Origin: the human T2T-CHM13v2.0 reference genome, Homo sapiens
Reading direction: 5' to 3' (one strand)
Length of the DNA: 64,000 nucleotides
Assembly (NCBI RefSeq): GCF_009914755.1
Contig: NC_060936.1
Below the pieces are notes generated by a model that saw nothing but the letters and a program-made list of their open reading frames with translations, was not told where the DNA came from and searched no databases. Made by a program: the position numbers and the translations under genes. Below, one piece after another: positions 11,691-24,840 of this stretch (position 1 is its first letter; each line of letters begins with the position of its first letter).

Positions 11691-12090
11691 AAATGGTGTA
11701 ACCATCACCTTAAAAATCAGAAGCAAGACAAAAACATATGACTACTATTAGTTAACATTGTTCTGAATTTTCTAAATGAACACATTCAGAAAAAGAGATC
11801 TGCAGTATAAAAATTGTAAATATTGCCATTATTTTCTGAAACTGTTTACCTGGAGGATCACTTATAAATAATTTACTAAGAAATCTAGGAACAAAACAAT
11901 CACTCAAATCAATGGATATAAAAAAGACACCACTACTTCTATGATGAAAATATTTATGAGGACAAAATATGAAAATAGAGGAAAGTATGAGATGGCAATA
12001 GCTTTCAACTAATTTTCAGAGATACTAGTAAATGAAAATAATTAAAGCAATGTAGTACTGATGAATTCACAGACAGATCAGGAGAACAGT
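11691..12090 (+). mobile_element. Ancient L1 (L1M) ORF2 fragment
   Basis: aaatcagaagcaagacaaa...actactattagttaacattgttctgaa resembles the L1 ORF2 SGTRQG...LLFNIVLE region, heavily decayed. Confidence 0.55.
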
Positions 12091-15000
12091 ATAGTGTGTG
12101 TATCTACTTCTGTATCCCTTCTAGGTATCTGTGTATCTTTCTATATGCAAGATATATATCCATGTATCTTGCACCTGATGGAGAAGGAAGGATCTGGAGC
12201 TTCTGCCCAGAATAAATACAGCAGACACCACTTAAAGAAGCCCAGAGTCAAAAAATATTAATTCTATGGAGAAGTTTATTCAAGTGAAATAGCTTAATTT
12301 CAATTTTTAACTTTCATGTTTTTGAAATCAGTAAGAAATTGCACTGGGAACTGAGAGTCAGATATACATGTAGAAATGTTGCCGCCTACATCACTCTGCC
12401 AACAATCAGGCATGGGAATGGCCAAGTCCTTACTTCAGGGAGTGGGGAGAGTGATAAAGTTAAAAAACATTAAACAGAAGTTTTTCTTAAATTTTTTCCT
12501 TAAAAATATTTTCTTTCCATGTTACAGAAAATGCTATATGCTAATATTTGGTTTATTCTGTGAGCTTTCAACTCTGACTTTTATGTAATGGGCTTGTATA
12601 TCATCTACTTGATCATATCTCTGTCTCATGTCCCCACTAAACAGAAGAATTCTTAAAGTCAAGAATGATTAACAAGATTGATTCTTTGCCTCAAGCATTG
12701 TAGGACTATTTTTTTAAATCTCATGATATTAACAATAGTGCTCGAACTAATAGGAGTAAAAAAAATGGACTTATCTGGCTCTTAGAACATTTTATAGAAT
12801 TATGCAACAAGAGTAAATTAAAATATTTTTGAATGACTTCTGCACAACAGTTACTGAGGATGCAATTATGAAGGCAAACATAGTACCTGCCTTCCTTGAT
12901 TTTAGAGTCTAGGGAAGATTTTAAAACCCAAAATAAACCAAAAATACTTATCTTCTATTCTTTGGAGATGGCTCTCTAAACTGCTCAATTTGTGCTTCTT
13001 GTAGGTTAACTGAAGATAATACTAAATACGATATTTATGTCTTTCCATTCCTTATCAGATTATCTCTTCTAGAATTTATGTCCACACTGTTTTATCATAT
13101 CAGCTAAGTGCTTTTTGAGATTCAGTAACTAATACCTGACAGAGAAAATTAATATATACTACACCATTTAATTTCTAACCTATCGATACTATTTAATTTG
13201 AATGGCCTTTAAGGCACTCACAAATAATAGACCACCTACCATTTAAATTCCATCTCAGCCTCCAAATATAATTAAGAGAAAAGTAAGAACAAAAGTTGAT
13301 TTTCCCAGAATCTGGGAACAATTTACAATGTTAGCATTAATCAATGTTAAATATGATACTATATCAACATTTACTTCTTTACACTATGTGACTATGCTAT
13401 GTACTCAACCTCTTATGCTGCTATAATCAATGCAGAAGCTCTTTATACCGCCTTTTCAAAGCATTAAAATTCAAATCCAAACCATTAAACATTATATTTC
13501 ATGTTTGCCTACTCTTAATCTGCAATACAACAATTAAAAACCATAAAATAGTGATGTAAAATCTATAATGAAAAGAGTTACTTCCCTCTGAGATTTGACT
13601 AATATTATGACAATCTGCTTTCTTGTTACTATACATTTTAAATGAAGTGATGTGTCTTGTGCCAGTATTTAAAAACTCTCTTTTGGATTCCTACCAAAAA
13701 TAGTACTTCAGGCTAAACCTCAAAGACAAAAAACATTTAGTAGATTTGTTGAAATGGAGTTTAATATTCACATTAGTTGAGGCTCCTTTTTTGATAGGTG
13801 ATATAATTCTAATATAGTCTCATTTAGAAATTTACAGTAAAAGAGCACACCACAACTTCTTGAGAACAACTTGGGAGATATCATAGAATATTATACTTTT
13901 TAAAAATATTCTTGAAAAAAGTAAAGAGTCTAATTTTAACGTGGGGTGAGGAGTGAGAAAAGAACAAGTAATATCTTACCACTGAAATTCAGAAACATAT
14001 TAATTTTTTTATTCCTGTAGTAGTAAACTAAAAAGTAGAAAAGCAAATATTGTTACACATATTCTAAAAGTTTTAAAAATCAATTTTATTATGCAATCAT
14101 TAAATTACATCCTTATTTTTCTATAAAATTAGGCATCTATTTTGCTTTAAAATTTTTAAGTACATATAAGTTCTAATTACTAAAGATATTGTCCTAAATA
14201 TTCTATTGTTAAGAGAATCAATATCTTTCCATTTCTGTGGATAAAAAGCACGGACAGAAACACTGCACCAATAAGAAATCACAGAGGAATATAAGCTTTC
14301 AGGATGCTAGGACTGTTGCAGACACCTGGGACAAATCCTATCTCTTCCTGTGAGGATACAGAAAATGAGAAATTGATGTAGTTTCTTCCACTATCAGCCA
14401 GATTATTGAAACTAGAGCCCAGGAACAGGAACCAAGAAATCATAAGCAAACAGCAAGCGACAGCCTGCTCCTAAAATATCAGCAACTAAAAATCTTAGAA
14501 GTTCGAACTTGTCATCTTTCTGTTAGGGAGTAATCTCTTTGCCTGCTAGGTAATGGAAATTTTTGGAGAAAATTTGCACATATGCCAAGTGCCACCTTCA
14601 TCTGGCATATGTATAAATCTCAACTACAGCACAGACGTCAAAAGTCAAAAGTCTGCTATAAAATGGGTGTCCATAACAAGTCTCATCTTATAAATACAAT
14701 AGAAGCATTTTTGGTTGAAGTTAGAGCATGTCTCCCAAGGTAGCTTACGATACTGATAATGCAAACTTAAATGTGTCTGTCCTTACTAAATCTTACTGTC
14801 TTGGTTATAAAGATACTACAAATTCAATCCACAGTGAGTAAATGAAATTTATGAAATAAATGTAGGTATGGATGCCCTGAAATATTTAATAAAGATCATT
14901 AATCTCCTCTCCAAAAAGGCAAGGGCACATGATACTTCTGAAACATATTCTAATCTTATCCACGTGTAACATTCAACTGAATTAAAACAAAGAAATAAAT

Positions 15001-15284
15001 TTAAAAAAAACTAAATTAAAACAAATAAATAAAAACAAATTTTAAAAAATAGTCAAATAACCAATATTCCTGATAGAAAACAAATTATCAAACATTTTTG
15101 AGAAGACAGCAATACTAAGAATGATTCCAATATTAAATGAATTTCTGAAATGAATAGTAAAGAGCATCAATATAAATCTACACATTTTAAAAATTATTGC
15201 AAAACATTAGCTTTTTAGAGCCAGGCTACCAGGACCTTCAGTGTGTTCTTTAGTCAGACCCATCCTTACCCACGTGTTAAAATC

Positions 15285-15700
15285 TGAATGATGGACTGGG
15301 TAAAGAAAATGTGGTACATATATACCATGGAATACTCTGCAGCCATAAAAAAAATGAGATCACGTCCTTCACAGGGACATGGATGGGGCTGAAGGCCATT
15401 ATCTTTAGCAAACTAATACAGAAACAGAAAAACAAATACTGTATGTTCTCTCTTACAAGTGGGAGCTAAATAATGAGAACACATGGACACATAGGGGGGA
15501 ACAACACACACTAGGGTCCTTTGGAAGGTGGGGAATAGGAGGAGGGCGAGGATCTAGAAAAACAACTAATGGGTACTAGGCTTCATACCTGGGTGATGAA
15601 ATAATTTATACGACAAACCCCTATGACACAAGTTTACCTATAACAAACCTGCCAATTTTACCGCTGAACTTAAAATAAAGGTTAAAATTAAAGTAAAATA
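15285..15700 (+). mobile_element. L1 3' end (L1PA13-16-like)
   Basis: aaagaaaatgtggtacatatataccatggaatact...gtgggagctaaataatgagaacacatggacac...acctgggtgatgaaataat...gaacttaaaataaag. Confidence 0.9.
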
Positions 15701-16329
15701 GAATCTGGCTAGTCCAACCGACAAAGGCAAAAGATAACCAGTCAAAGCATAAATGCATAGTCATATCACCTTCTTGCTCCCTGTATTCCAGCTCATTTGC
15801 ATGAGTATTACCCCTTGTTTTCCAGTTGCTCCAAGGTTCACTCTGACTCATTCACAACAAGGGCACTATCTTTTGACAATGCAGTTTGGTCAAGTACTAT
15901 GTCCGACCTCAGATTCCTCTCAAGGATGACCTTGAGTCTCCCCTCATGGCCATGCATCACAACTGCATTTGACATCTACAAAATCCTATGGGACTGACTG
16001 CCTGGAATGCTCCTAGCTTGCGAAATAGGATTAAATACTAATTCTGTGGATCAAGGTGACCCCAAGGGTCTCATTGCTCTGGGAGGAAATATTGACACAG
16101 TAGTGCTAGTCCACTCCTTGGAGCTGGTGCGTTATCACTTCATGAGGGCAAATAAGAAGCATCTCTTCTTGTATTCTGTGCAACCCTGATAAGTAACACA
16201 TACTGTTTCTCTCACAGCACAAGGCCATACCTAGGTATGATGGAGTTTATAAAGGAGTATGTAATTGCAGAATCAGGTAAAGCAAAAGGGGGAAAACAGA
16301 TATGGGAATAAGAAGAAACTAGCAAACTG

Positions 16330-16490
16330 TCCCAAAGGCATTTATTGTTTGTGAGGGACTTTGCATGTACTTGCTTAATATTTAGCATAACCCTATTAAA
16401 TAGAAACTATTAGTATGATCCCAAGTAACTTGCCCAAAGATGCAATAATAGAAAGTGGAGGACTCAGAATTCAAACTCAAGAGTCTATAC
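16330..16490 (-). mobile_element. MIR
   Basis: aagtaacttgcccaaag...agaattcaaactcaag core. Confidence 0.7.
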
Positions 16491-17571
16491 CCTCTGTGTA
16501 TGTCTGTATATGTGAGAGATATATTGTGAGAGATGTAGATGTAGAGAGGGCTTCACGGCCCTCTCATGTCTTATTACCCTCATGCTCAGTAAGTTTTTGT
16601 GCTTTTTAACCCCTCTGAGAACATCTGCTAATCCTGCCTTATACAAAGAGGACAAACGTGAGATCTGATTCTGGCTGAGAAATGGGGTGTGGGAAAATTG
16701 GAGTCAGTGACCCATTATATTAACAAACACCACGTCCTTGTGCTGAAGTTATGGAAGTAAGATCTTGCACTGGGAGCTCAATTTTAAGGCTTTGGTAGAG
16801 CACAATAACCAAATCTACTGAGCTTCCCTATGTTTGCGGTTCTTAACCCAAGGACAGCAACAGAGCTGATGTTTCACACATCTCTTTGTTGTCATCATTG
16901 ACAGTTTGCTCGCCTTACTCAAAACACTGCCTCCTAAACATTAAGAGATACAGAGCTCATTTGCATCATATGTTTACTGGCCCCTGGAGGTCCATTCTAG
17001 AACTAGGTGTAAAGATTAATGCATATACCACACTTTTTTATCACACTATTTTCCCCAGACCCCTTATCATAAAGAAGAATCAGTTAGGACCCAGTCACAA
17101 AATCTGATACTCAACCATGTGAAAGAATAAGAGTAAAGCAAGAGTCAGGGAGAAAGTGTTCCATTTCCCTGAAAAGTAAAGATGATAGGATTTCATCTAA
17201 CACTTGAAAGAAGATTGTTGGCTCAGTGTTATCTAGCAGCTTTGTGGACCAAGCCTTGACTGAGAGAACTCAATTGCTCTTTAACAACAAAGTTGTAGGA
17301 AGATAAACATCTGAGTCACTGGTTCTAAACCATTACACATTATTCCTTTCTTTCCTGCTTCTGTGATTCCAGCTCTATATCTCAATGACTTGAGTCACAT
17401 CTAAACTATGCCTAATTTTGATGACTCATTTTAAACGAGATACTCTTCTTCTCACACCTTTTCTTCCCCTATTTCTGCTCACCACATAATGCGAGTTCAT
17501 TAGACTAAAATCATTTTCTGTTTTGCTCACTACTAAATACTCAGTGTCTTAACAGCATCTATCCCTCATAG

Positions 17572-18181
17572 TGTAGGGGAGGAAAAAATACTTTCTTAGA
17601 AGAAAGGATAGACCCTTCTAGCCTCCTTGGCTGGTCTGGTCTGTGAATTAAATTGACATGAGACAGGTTGAAAGAAAAAAAACCAACAACATGGATTACA
17701 TATGTATGCACAGGAGTCCCACAGAAATATGTGGCTCAAAGAAGCAGCCAGATGATTGAAGCTTTTATATCATCTTGAGCTACAGAAAGGAATAGGAATT
17801 TGGGGTTTCTGAGGGGGTGAGTGGAGGCAAATTATGTGAGAGTCAGGGACAAAATGTATAGTAAGTAAAAGTTGTTTATTATGTAAATAAAAGTTTCTCT
17901 GGTGATAAAAGTTGTCTTCACCTGAGAAAGAGTAGCTCTCTTCCTGGTACATATACCTTTACTACCTTTACTAATGAATATTTCCTTTATACATGTAAAT
18001 AAATGGGGAGTGTGATACTTCATTTCAGGTAGCTGAAGAGAAGTAAAGAGCTTTTCCTGCTTTGGCTGGTTTTCAGATTCTTTCTGCTCAAAGTAAGCAA
18101 TATGCTGAAGTGGCAAATTTTGAGGTGGCATAATCTGATCTCCTGCAGTCATATTTTGGGGTGGTATGTCTTTAACTATCA
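17572..18181 (-). mobile_element. ERV1 solo LTR (MER34-family-like)
   Basis: TG...CA ends; gaattaaattgacatgagacagg, ggctcaaagaagcagccagatgattgaagc, terminal ttttggggtggtatg. Confidence 0.65.
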
Positions 18182-19129
18182 TTTGCGCTCTATAAATAAT
18201 TGTAGAGATAAAATAAAGCCTGCCGCGAACTGTAATTATGGCTGAGACGCTCCTCTAGGCATAGTCTCGCTTTTCAGATTGCCAGCAGGGATTGTTTCCT
18301 GCCAGACATATTTTCCAAGGAAAAGAGAACATTTCCATTCATGTATGATGAATAGCTTGCAATCCAGAATTACTCAAAAATAACAAGCCCTGACAGTAAG
18401 CACATATAAGTGAAAGAAGTAAAGATCCAAAGGCGGCTCCTGCATCCCTACAGTTGCTTAATACACCCTTTAAAATGAAGGCAGAGCCCTGTTTGGTAGC
18501 ACTCTCTCTAAAAGTTTAGATGTGTTGCTGAACAAATAGAAAGTCTGAACTAATTTGACAAGGGTAGCTTCTAGGCAGTTATACTACAATTCCTTTTATG
18601 AAAAATAACAGGCGAAAGAAGCATTTGATTGTTATTTTCAAAAGGAAAATGGACAATTGCCATAAATGGGAAAATGCCAACTGGTTTATTTCATATTGAT
18701 TTATCAACTATTCAAATATTTTGCAGTTGTGACCTTCAAAAATTGGTGGAAAAGATTATACCATTTCTTAACATGAACACCTATGCTATATTTTATACTT
18801 GTGATTCATTTAGCCCAATATTTCAATATATTTATACATACAGTTACAATAGTTTATGATAACTAATAGGTTAATGGTGACTATCAGTTACTAAAAAAAG
18901 TCTAAAAGATTTTTTTATTGACATTATGTCACCACAAAAATTAAAATTTAAGTACAAATTGTCCTTTCAAGTATCTGGTATAATTAATTATCCAGATAAA
19001 TTCATTCCTCTAGGTTCTGAATAGCTAAAGTCATGCTTTAACATGAGTCTCCAAATATTTGAAAACACATAAACACATGTGATCAGATAATATAAGAAAA
19101 TATTGATGGAGGGAAAATATTGATTCTGA

Positions 19130-19300
19130 TACTGCATATACCACATTAAAAGTGTGTGAGCTTGGACAAATCACCTAAATTCTCTGAGCCTCAGATTTCT
19201 TAATTGTAAAAATGAGATAACCTCTCGAGCTTGGTTTTACAGGATGCTATGAGAATCCAGAGCAAACATTCATATGAATGTTCTTTATAAGATATCAAAG
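19130..19300 (+). mobile_element. MIR
   Basis: gagcttggacaaatcacctaaattctctgagcctcagatttcttaattgtaaaaatgagataa core. Confidence 0.8.
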
Positions 19301-21399
19301 AGTAATATAATTATTGGTTTCTATAGCTTCTACTTAGTTTCCAATATTATTTCTCATTACCTTTATGAAAACTGGCAATTCTATCATTCTTGTCAGCTTT
19401 AGTATTGTGTATTTCATATTTGAGCCCTTCCTACTGCACAAATCAGTAATTATTATCTTTGTTCCCATTATTCTGTTGAGACTCTGTAGCAATCAATATC
19501 TAATGAGTCTCCTCCTAACTAGAATAAACTGAAAACATGCAAATTACTGCAACTCTTTCTATTCTTTACCACCCTACTCAGGTAATCACCAGCATACTCT
19601 GAAGAATACCTTCTAAAAATTACATTTTCAATGACATTCTTTTAAGGGGCTCACATATTAAAAGAACCTAAGAAGCAACTAGAGTCTTGGAGACTTTTAC
19701 ATTTCCCTTGGTTGCATTCTGTTTCAGTGGAATTATTAACCTCTAAATCGTTAGGGAAATTAGAGAGCTGAAAACCATTTAAATAGATCTCAAAGAAAGA
19801 CCAATGGAATGGATGTCAATTGGTTGATAGTATAAAAGTAATTCCTGGTTGTACTAATGGAACTCCACTAAATTTTGAACTAGCAAATATAAACTCAGTG
19901 AAGATGTACACACTTAACATCTTTGTTTCATATATTTTTAGTACAGCTATGAAAATTAAAATTGGTTGTTGCAAGTGGAAATAGTTTTTTTATCAGTACA
20001 AAAATGATAAACAGGCTCCCATGAAAACCTAAATGGCAAAAGTAAAAAAAAATAAATAAATAAACTGCTAAAACGAATTCCAAAGTGCACTTTTGGATGT
20101 GATTGTGAGACAAGACCATAAGCTTGTGGCAGTTTTAAATATAAAATTGTAGGGGTGGATTGATGTGTGTGATTATGAATGAACATCTGCATCTTGGCCT
20201 GTCCAGACCAATTTATTTGTGAAATAGAAAACAAACCTGATACTCATCAAATTGGCTTATGACTTCCCTAAAAAACTGACTGAATACTTGCTATGGAATA
20301 TAGTATTAAATATGATTGTCAAACTCATAGTAGATGTCAGTTAATAGAAAATAATAAAATGAAATGTGTAATTACATATGTTAGAAGTATGATGATACTC
20401 AAGACTATTCCATAGTATAACTAAAGTTAGATGTATATCTAACTAAAGCAAAGCTCCTAAAAATAGATTTTTCTTTAATTTGAATCAGAATTTTTCCCAA
20501 AATAGAGGAATAAAACCTAGAATGATGAATTTAAATCATTAAAATTATCCAGTATATCTAGCTAATTCACTTCATAGATAACAGAGAAAAAAACCTAACC
20601 AGGGCGGATCTAGGAATCACATTACCTCTCTTGAGTCCAGTGCTGCTTCCATTACAATTTGCTGCTTAAATGTGTGTTTGTTAGTTTTTGTGTTGTATTT
20701 AAGGTAATGATATTTGATTATATTGTTTACGAGAAATTATTCTACAGACTAAGATAGTATCTCCATTTCTTCACCTAAAAAACAATCTATTACTTCAAGT
20801 AGCTCATTTATTTTTACAAACATTCTTTTATTTCAGTTTGTTTTCCTTCTCACCTCAGAATTAAAATTCGTTAAAAGCCCATTGAAAAATTATTTCCAGA
20901 ATGTTTTGTTCTTGCAATACATAAATTTCCCTACCAGTACTATGTATCTTCAATGGAATTTCATGATTTTAGTAACAAATCACTTCTAAGATTAAGAAGT
21001 TTAACAAGTAAATCAAGTATCTTTCAGATTATCTTGTTCTCCATAATATAGAGACATAGAATACAAGTTAAAAACTACCTGTCACTTTCTAATTCTTTTT
21101 AAAACAACCATTTTTATATTACTGACTCAATCCCTTTTGCTCTGATATGCTTGATGCTTGATAGATGATGATATAATAGACATATCCCCACAGTTATATG
21201 CAGGGTTATACCAAATTCATAGAGCGACAGTTGTAGATTTGCCCTTTTCTCATCAACTTTAAAAAGCACATAAGAACGTAAGCAAGTGAGGGTATTTTCA
21301 CAAATATCCACATTTAATATATTTTTAGTTGCAAAAAACTCTTAACACACCACACACCAATTGTCACATCCCAGGATACTTTGACAGATATCTAGCTCA

Positions 21400-21433
21400 C
21401 TAGATAGATAGGTAGGTAAGTAGATAGAGAGAT

Positions 21434-21464
<31 letters not shown>

Positions 21465-21515
21465 CATAGGTAGGTAGGTAAGTAGGTAGGTAGGTAGGTA
21501 GACAGTTAGCTAGAT
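21400..21515. repeat. Compound (TAGA)n/(TAGG)n tetranucleotide STR
   Basis: gatagatagatagatagatagata and ggtaggtaggtaggtaggta runs read directly. Confidence 0.9.
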
Positions 21516-21629
21516 GGAGATAATTTTCTAGAATGATAGTAGTTTCAGAAGGAAAAAGAGGAAGTATGGCAATAAAATTATGTTGGCATTAAATCCTTAA
21601 TTATTAACCTTAGGACAATTAACTGATGA

Positions 21630-23470
21630 ATTACAAGGAAGGACTGTTGCTTTCAGCCATGGTGGAACAAATGGTGCTGGGTTTCCCTTCACAGTGGAAA
21701 TAATTACACACTGTCCCAACCATACCAGGCAACTGTTTTTAGGCATTAGAAATTGGCCGGTGCAAAACTGTGATCTTTGAAAGTAGGGGAACACTTTCAA
21801 AAGGTGAGCCCTATATTTTCCCAGCTTTTTATCCAAGAGTGCCTTCTGGACCATGATGTAGGGAAGCAGAGCACAAGAAGTTCTGCTTAGGTTAAAAGGC
21901 AAAGACTGAAGTTTGGGCTACTGTAGTGGCTAGAAATTGTGGAGCAAATTTTAAAGAATAGGAAAGTGACAAAGGAGGAAACAAAAACATTTGCATGGAA
22001 ATTCCGGTCTCTGAACCAGAGTTGGGCTAAGTTAGTACAGGGCAAGAATCCACAAGGTCTGGTGGAGAATGTTTGTTTTTTCATGGATAACTGAATAGAG
22101 CTATCAGAGGTCATGCAATCTTGGGAGATACTGCAGATCCAGCCAAGTGAGAATGAAGAAATCTCACACAGCACTTCGGGTATCCAGCTGAGATTTTTGG
22201 AAGGCCGTGTTTTAGAATGAAGGCTTAAACCCTAGTGTAAGGAGCACACATTAGGACAAGTGCAAAACCAAAACCGATTACCTCCAATAAAGATAAAATC
22301 AAACATAGAAGGATCAAAACTATTATCCATTGTTAGTCAACAGGGGCATGCAAATTTAAAAGCCATAAGATGCCTTTTTACAGACTAGAATAGCCAAAGT
22401 TAAAATGATTGTCAAAAACAAACACTGGCAAGGATGTAAGTCAACTGGAACTCTAATTTATTCCTAGTGGGAAGATGATATGGTTTGGATTTGTGTCCTC
22501 ACCCAAATCTCGTGTCAAATTGTAATCCCCGATATTGGAGGAGAGGCCTGGTGAGAGGTGATTGGATAATGGGGGCAGACTTCCCCCTTGCTGTTCTCAT
22601 GATAGTGAGTGAGTTTTCATGAGATCTGGTTGTTAAAAAGTGTGTAGCCCTTCCCCCTTTGCTCTCTCTCTCCTGCCACCATGTGAAGACTTGCTTGCTT
22701 CCTCTTCACCCGTCTGCCATGACTGTAAGTTTCCTGAGGCCTCCCCAGTCTTGCTACCTGTACAGCCTGTGAAACTGTGAGCCAATTAAACCTCTTTTCT
22801 CTATAAATTACCCAGTTTCAGGTATTTCTTTAGAACAGACTAATAAAGAGGGTAAAATGGAAGAACTATTTTGGAAAACCATTTGGCATTTTTGAAAAGT
22901 AAACATACATGGCCTTATAACTTAGCCATCCCACTCCTAGGCATATATCAAAAACAAATGAACACGTGTTTCCAAAAGCCTTCTACAAAAATGTTTATTG
23001 TGACTTTATTCATAACTGCCATTCATACTTGCCCCAAAAATGGAAAAAAACAAGTGAATAATAATAAATAAATTGCATTCAATCCATTCTATGTTCACTT
23101 AGTGAAATACTATTCATGAATTTTTTAAAAAAGAATAAACTATCCATCCATACAAGCAAGAACACAAATTAACCACAAAACTATAATATTGAGAGAAATA
23201 ATTCAGACATAAGTGAGTATATACTATATGATTTTATATTTATGAAGTTCAAGAGTAGAAAAACTAATCTATGATCTAGTTATTATAGCCTTTCTCACCT
23301 ATGGTTTAGGAATTGCCTGGAAGATTAACACAAGAGAACTTTCTGGGAAAATGGAAATGTTCAATATCTTCATGTGATATTCATAACTTAATAATTGGTT
23401 AAAACTCCTCAGATGGTACACTTTCGATCAGTTTATCTCAATGTATGTATATTTTACCTTAATTTTTAAA
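21630..23470 (+). mobile_element. Ancient L1 (L1ME-like) fragments interrupted by an MSTA LTR
   Basis: ctggcaaggatgtaagtcaactggaactc...agtggga | gtaaaatgg...ttttggaaaaccatttggca...ccactcctaggcatatatc is continuous across the LTR; the 5' part (21630-22320) is less certain. Confidence 0.7.
22476..22847 (+). mobile_element. MaLR solo LTR (MSTA-like)
   Basis: Start tgatatggtttggatttgtgtcctcacccaaatctc; end ccaattaaacctcttttc...acagactaata. Confidence 0.9.
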
Positions 23471-24607
23471 AGGGTAATATAGAAGGACTATAGAGAAAAT
23501 TTTCATTAGTCAAAATGCCCTAAAAGAGCCTAGTAGTAAAAATATGCTTTTGTCTTGTTACTAAAACAAAATTAGTAAGAAATAAAAGAAAAAAATGGGA
23601 TATAAGATAACAGAGATGGAGAAAGAGAGAATTCCTTAGGAGAAATGTTGAGATCTCAGAAGACAGGCTTTATATATATATGAAAGGAAAAATGAGACCT
23701 TGGAGGCCAGAAGAAAAAGAGAAAAGAATTTATTCTTCTTCAAAGGAGAAGGAATAAAACAAAGGAAATGCAATGCCAGGGGTACATCCCACTCAAAAAA
23801 ATAAGGAAGAGAAAGAAATACCTCTTAAAGCCTAGAAATTCAAAAGCTGAGGAGAGATGGTCTTGAAAAGTAAATGGCAACCTTAGGGTTCTAACTCAAA
23901 TCCTGGTATACAGGATTCAAAAACATCAACAGCAACTTCAGCTCAGAAATCCACTAGAATAATTCTGCAGTTAAAAAGTAAAATAAAGGAATGAGGGAAA
24001 GCCTTCCCTAAGATACTAGTTTCATATATATAAGAAATTGTAGAACAAGAGCCAGTGAAAGCAGCAATTGTGCAAAACAAATGCCAGCTTGCATTTGGTG
24101 CGAAAGCTGCATCATTAAAGAGAGTTCACGTTTGTCATGATTTTGGCATGTCAAAGTTCAAAGAGGCTGTGTAAATAAAGAGATCTGAATATGCTATAAT
24201 ATATAAGAAAGAAAAGCAGTTTACTACATTCTAATGTCTGGGACCTCTAGTCTTACAAATACATAGGTACCTCAAATGCCCCCATCTGAGAGAAGAGGTA
24301 TTTTTTGTTTGATATGGTAAATGTACAGTGCCACTGGGTTCTCAGACACGAAGTGAAGATAAATCTAGAAATATATTGTCTACTTTCCTTCCCTTGTACA
24401 CATACAAAAAAAGTCCTTCCTATGATCTTTAGCCAATGGTAATGTGCCAGCTCTTTCTTACTTTCTGCTGACAGCTTATTGACCATGGTTCATACTAAAT
24501 GTAAGGGTGGTTATATAGTTCTCCCAGGGGACCTAGAGGTTAGGACACAAAATGAATTCTAGCCAATGGAACATTTTTCCAAAGCCAACAAATTTATGAA
24601 ATGAAGA

Positions 24608-24840
24608 CTAATAGTGGTTAAGATCAGCATCTAGGGTCAGAGTGCCTGGATTAAAATCCTGGCTCCATCATCCAACAACTGAGCAACTTTAATTTTCATA
24701 TGCCTCAGTTTCCTATCTATAAAATAGACATAAGAATAATACCTATTGCATACAATTGTCATAAGGATGCAAAGAGTTAACACCCATAAAGCATGTACCA
24801 CAGATCCAGGGATATAGAAAGTGTTCAATATATATGTTGG
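24608..24840 (+). mobile_element. MIR (near full length)
   Basis: tagtggttaaga...cctggattaaaatcctggctcca...tgcctcagtttcctatctataaaat...gtgttcaata. Confidence 0.85.
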
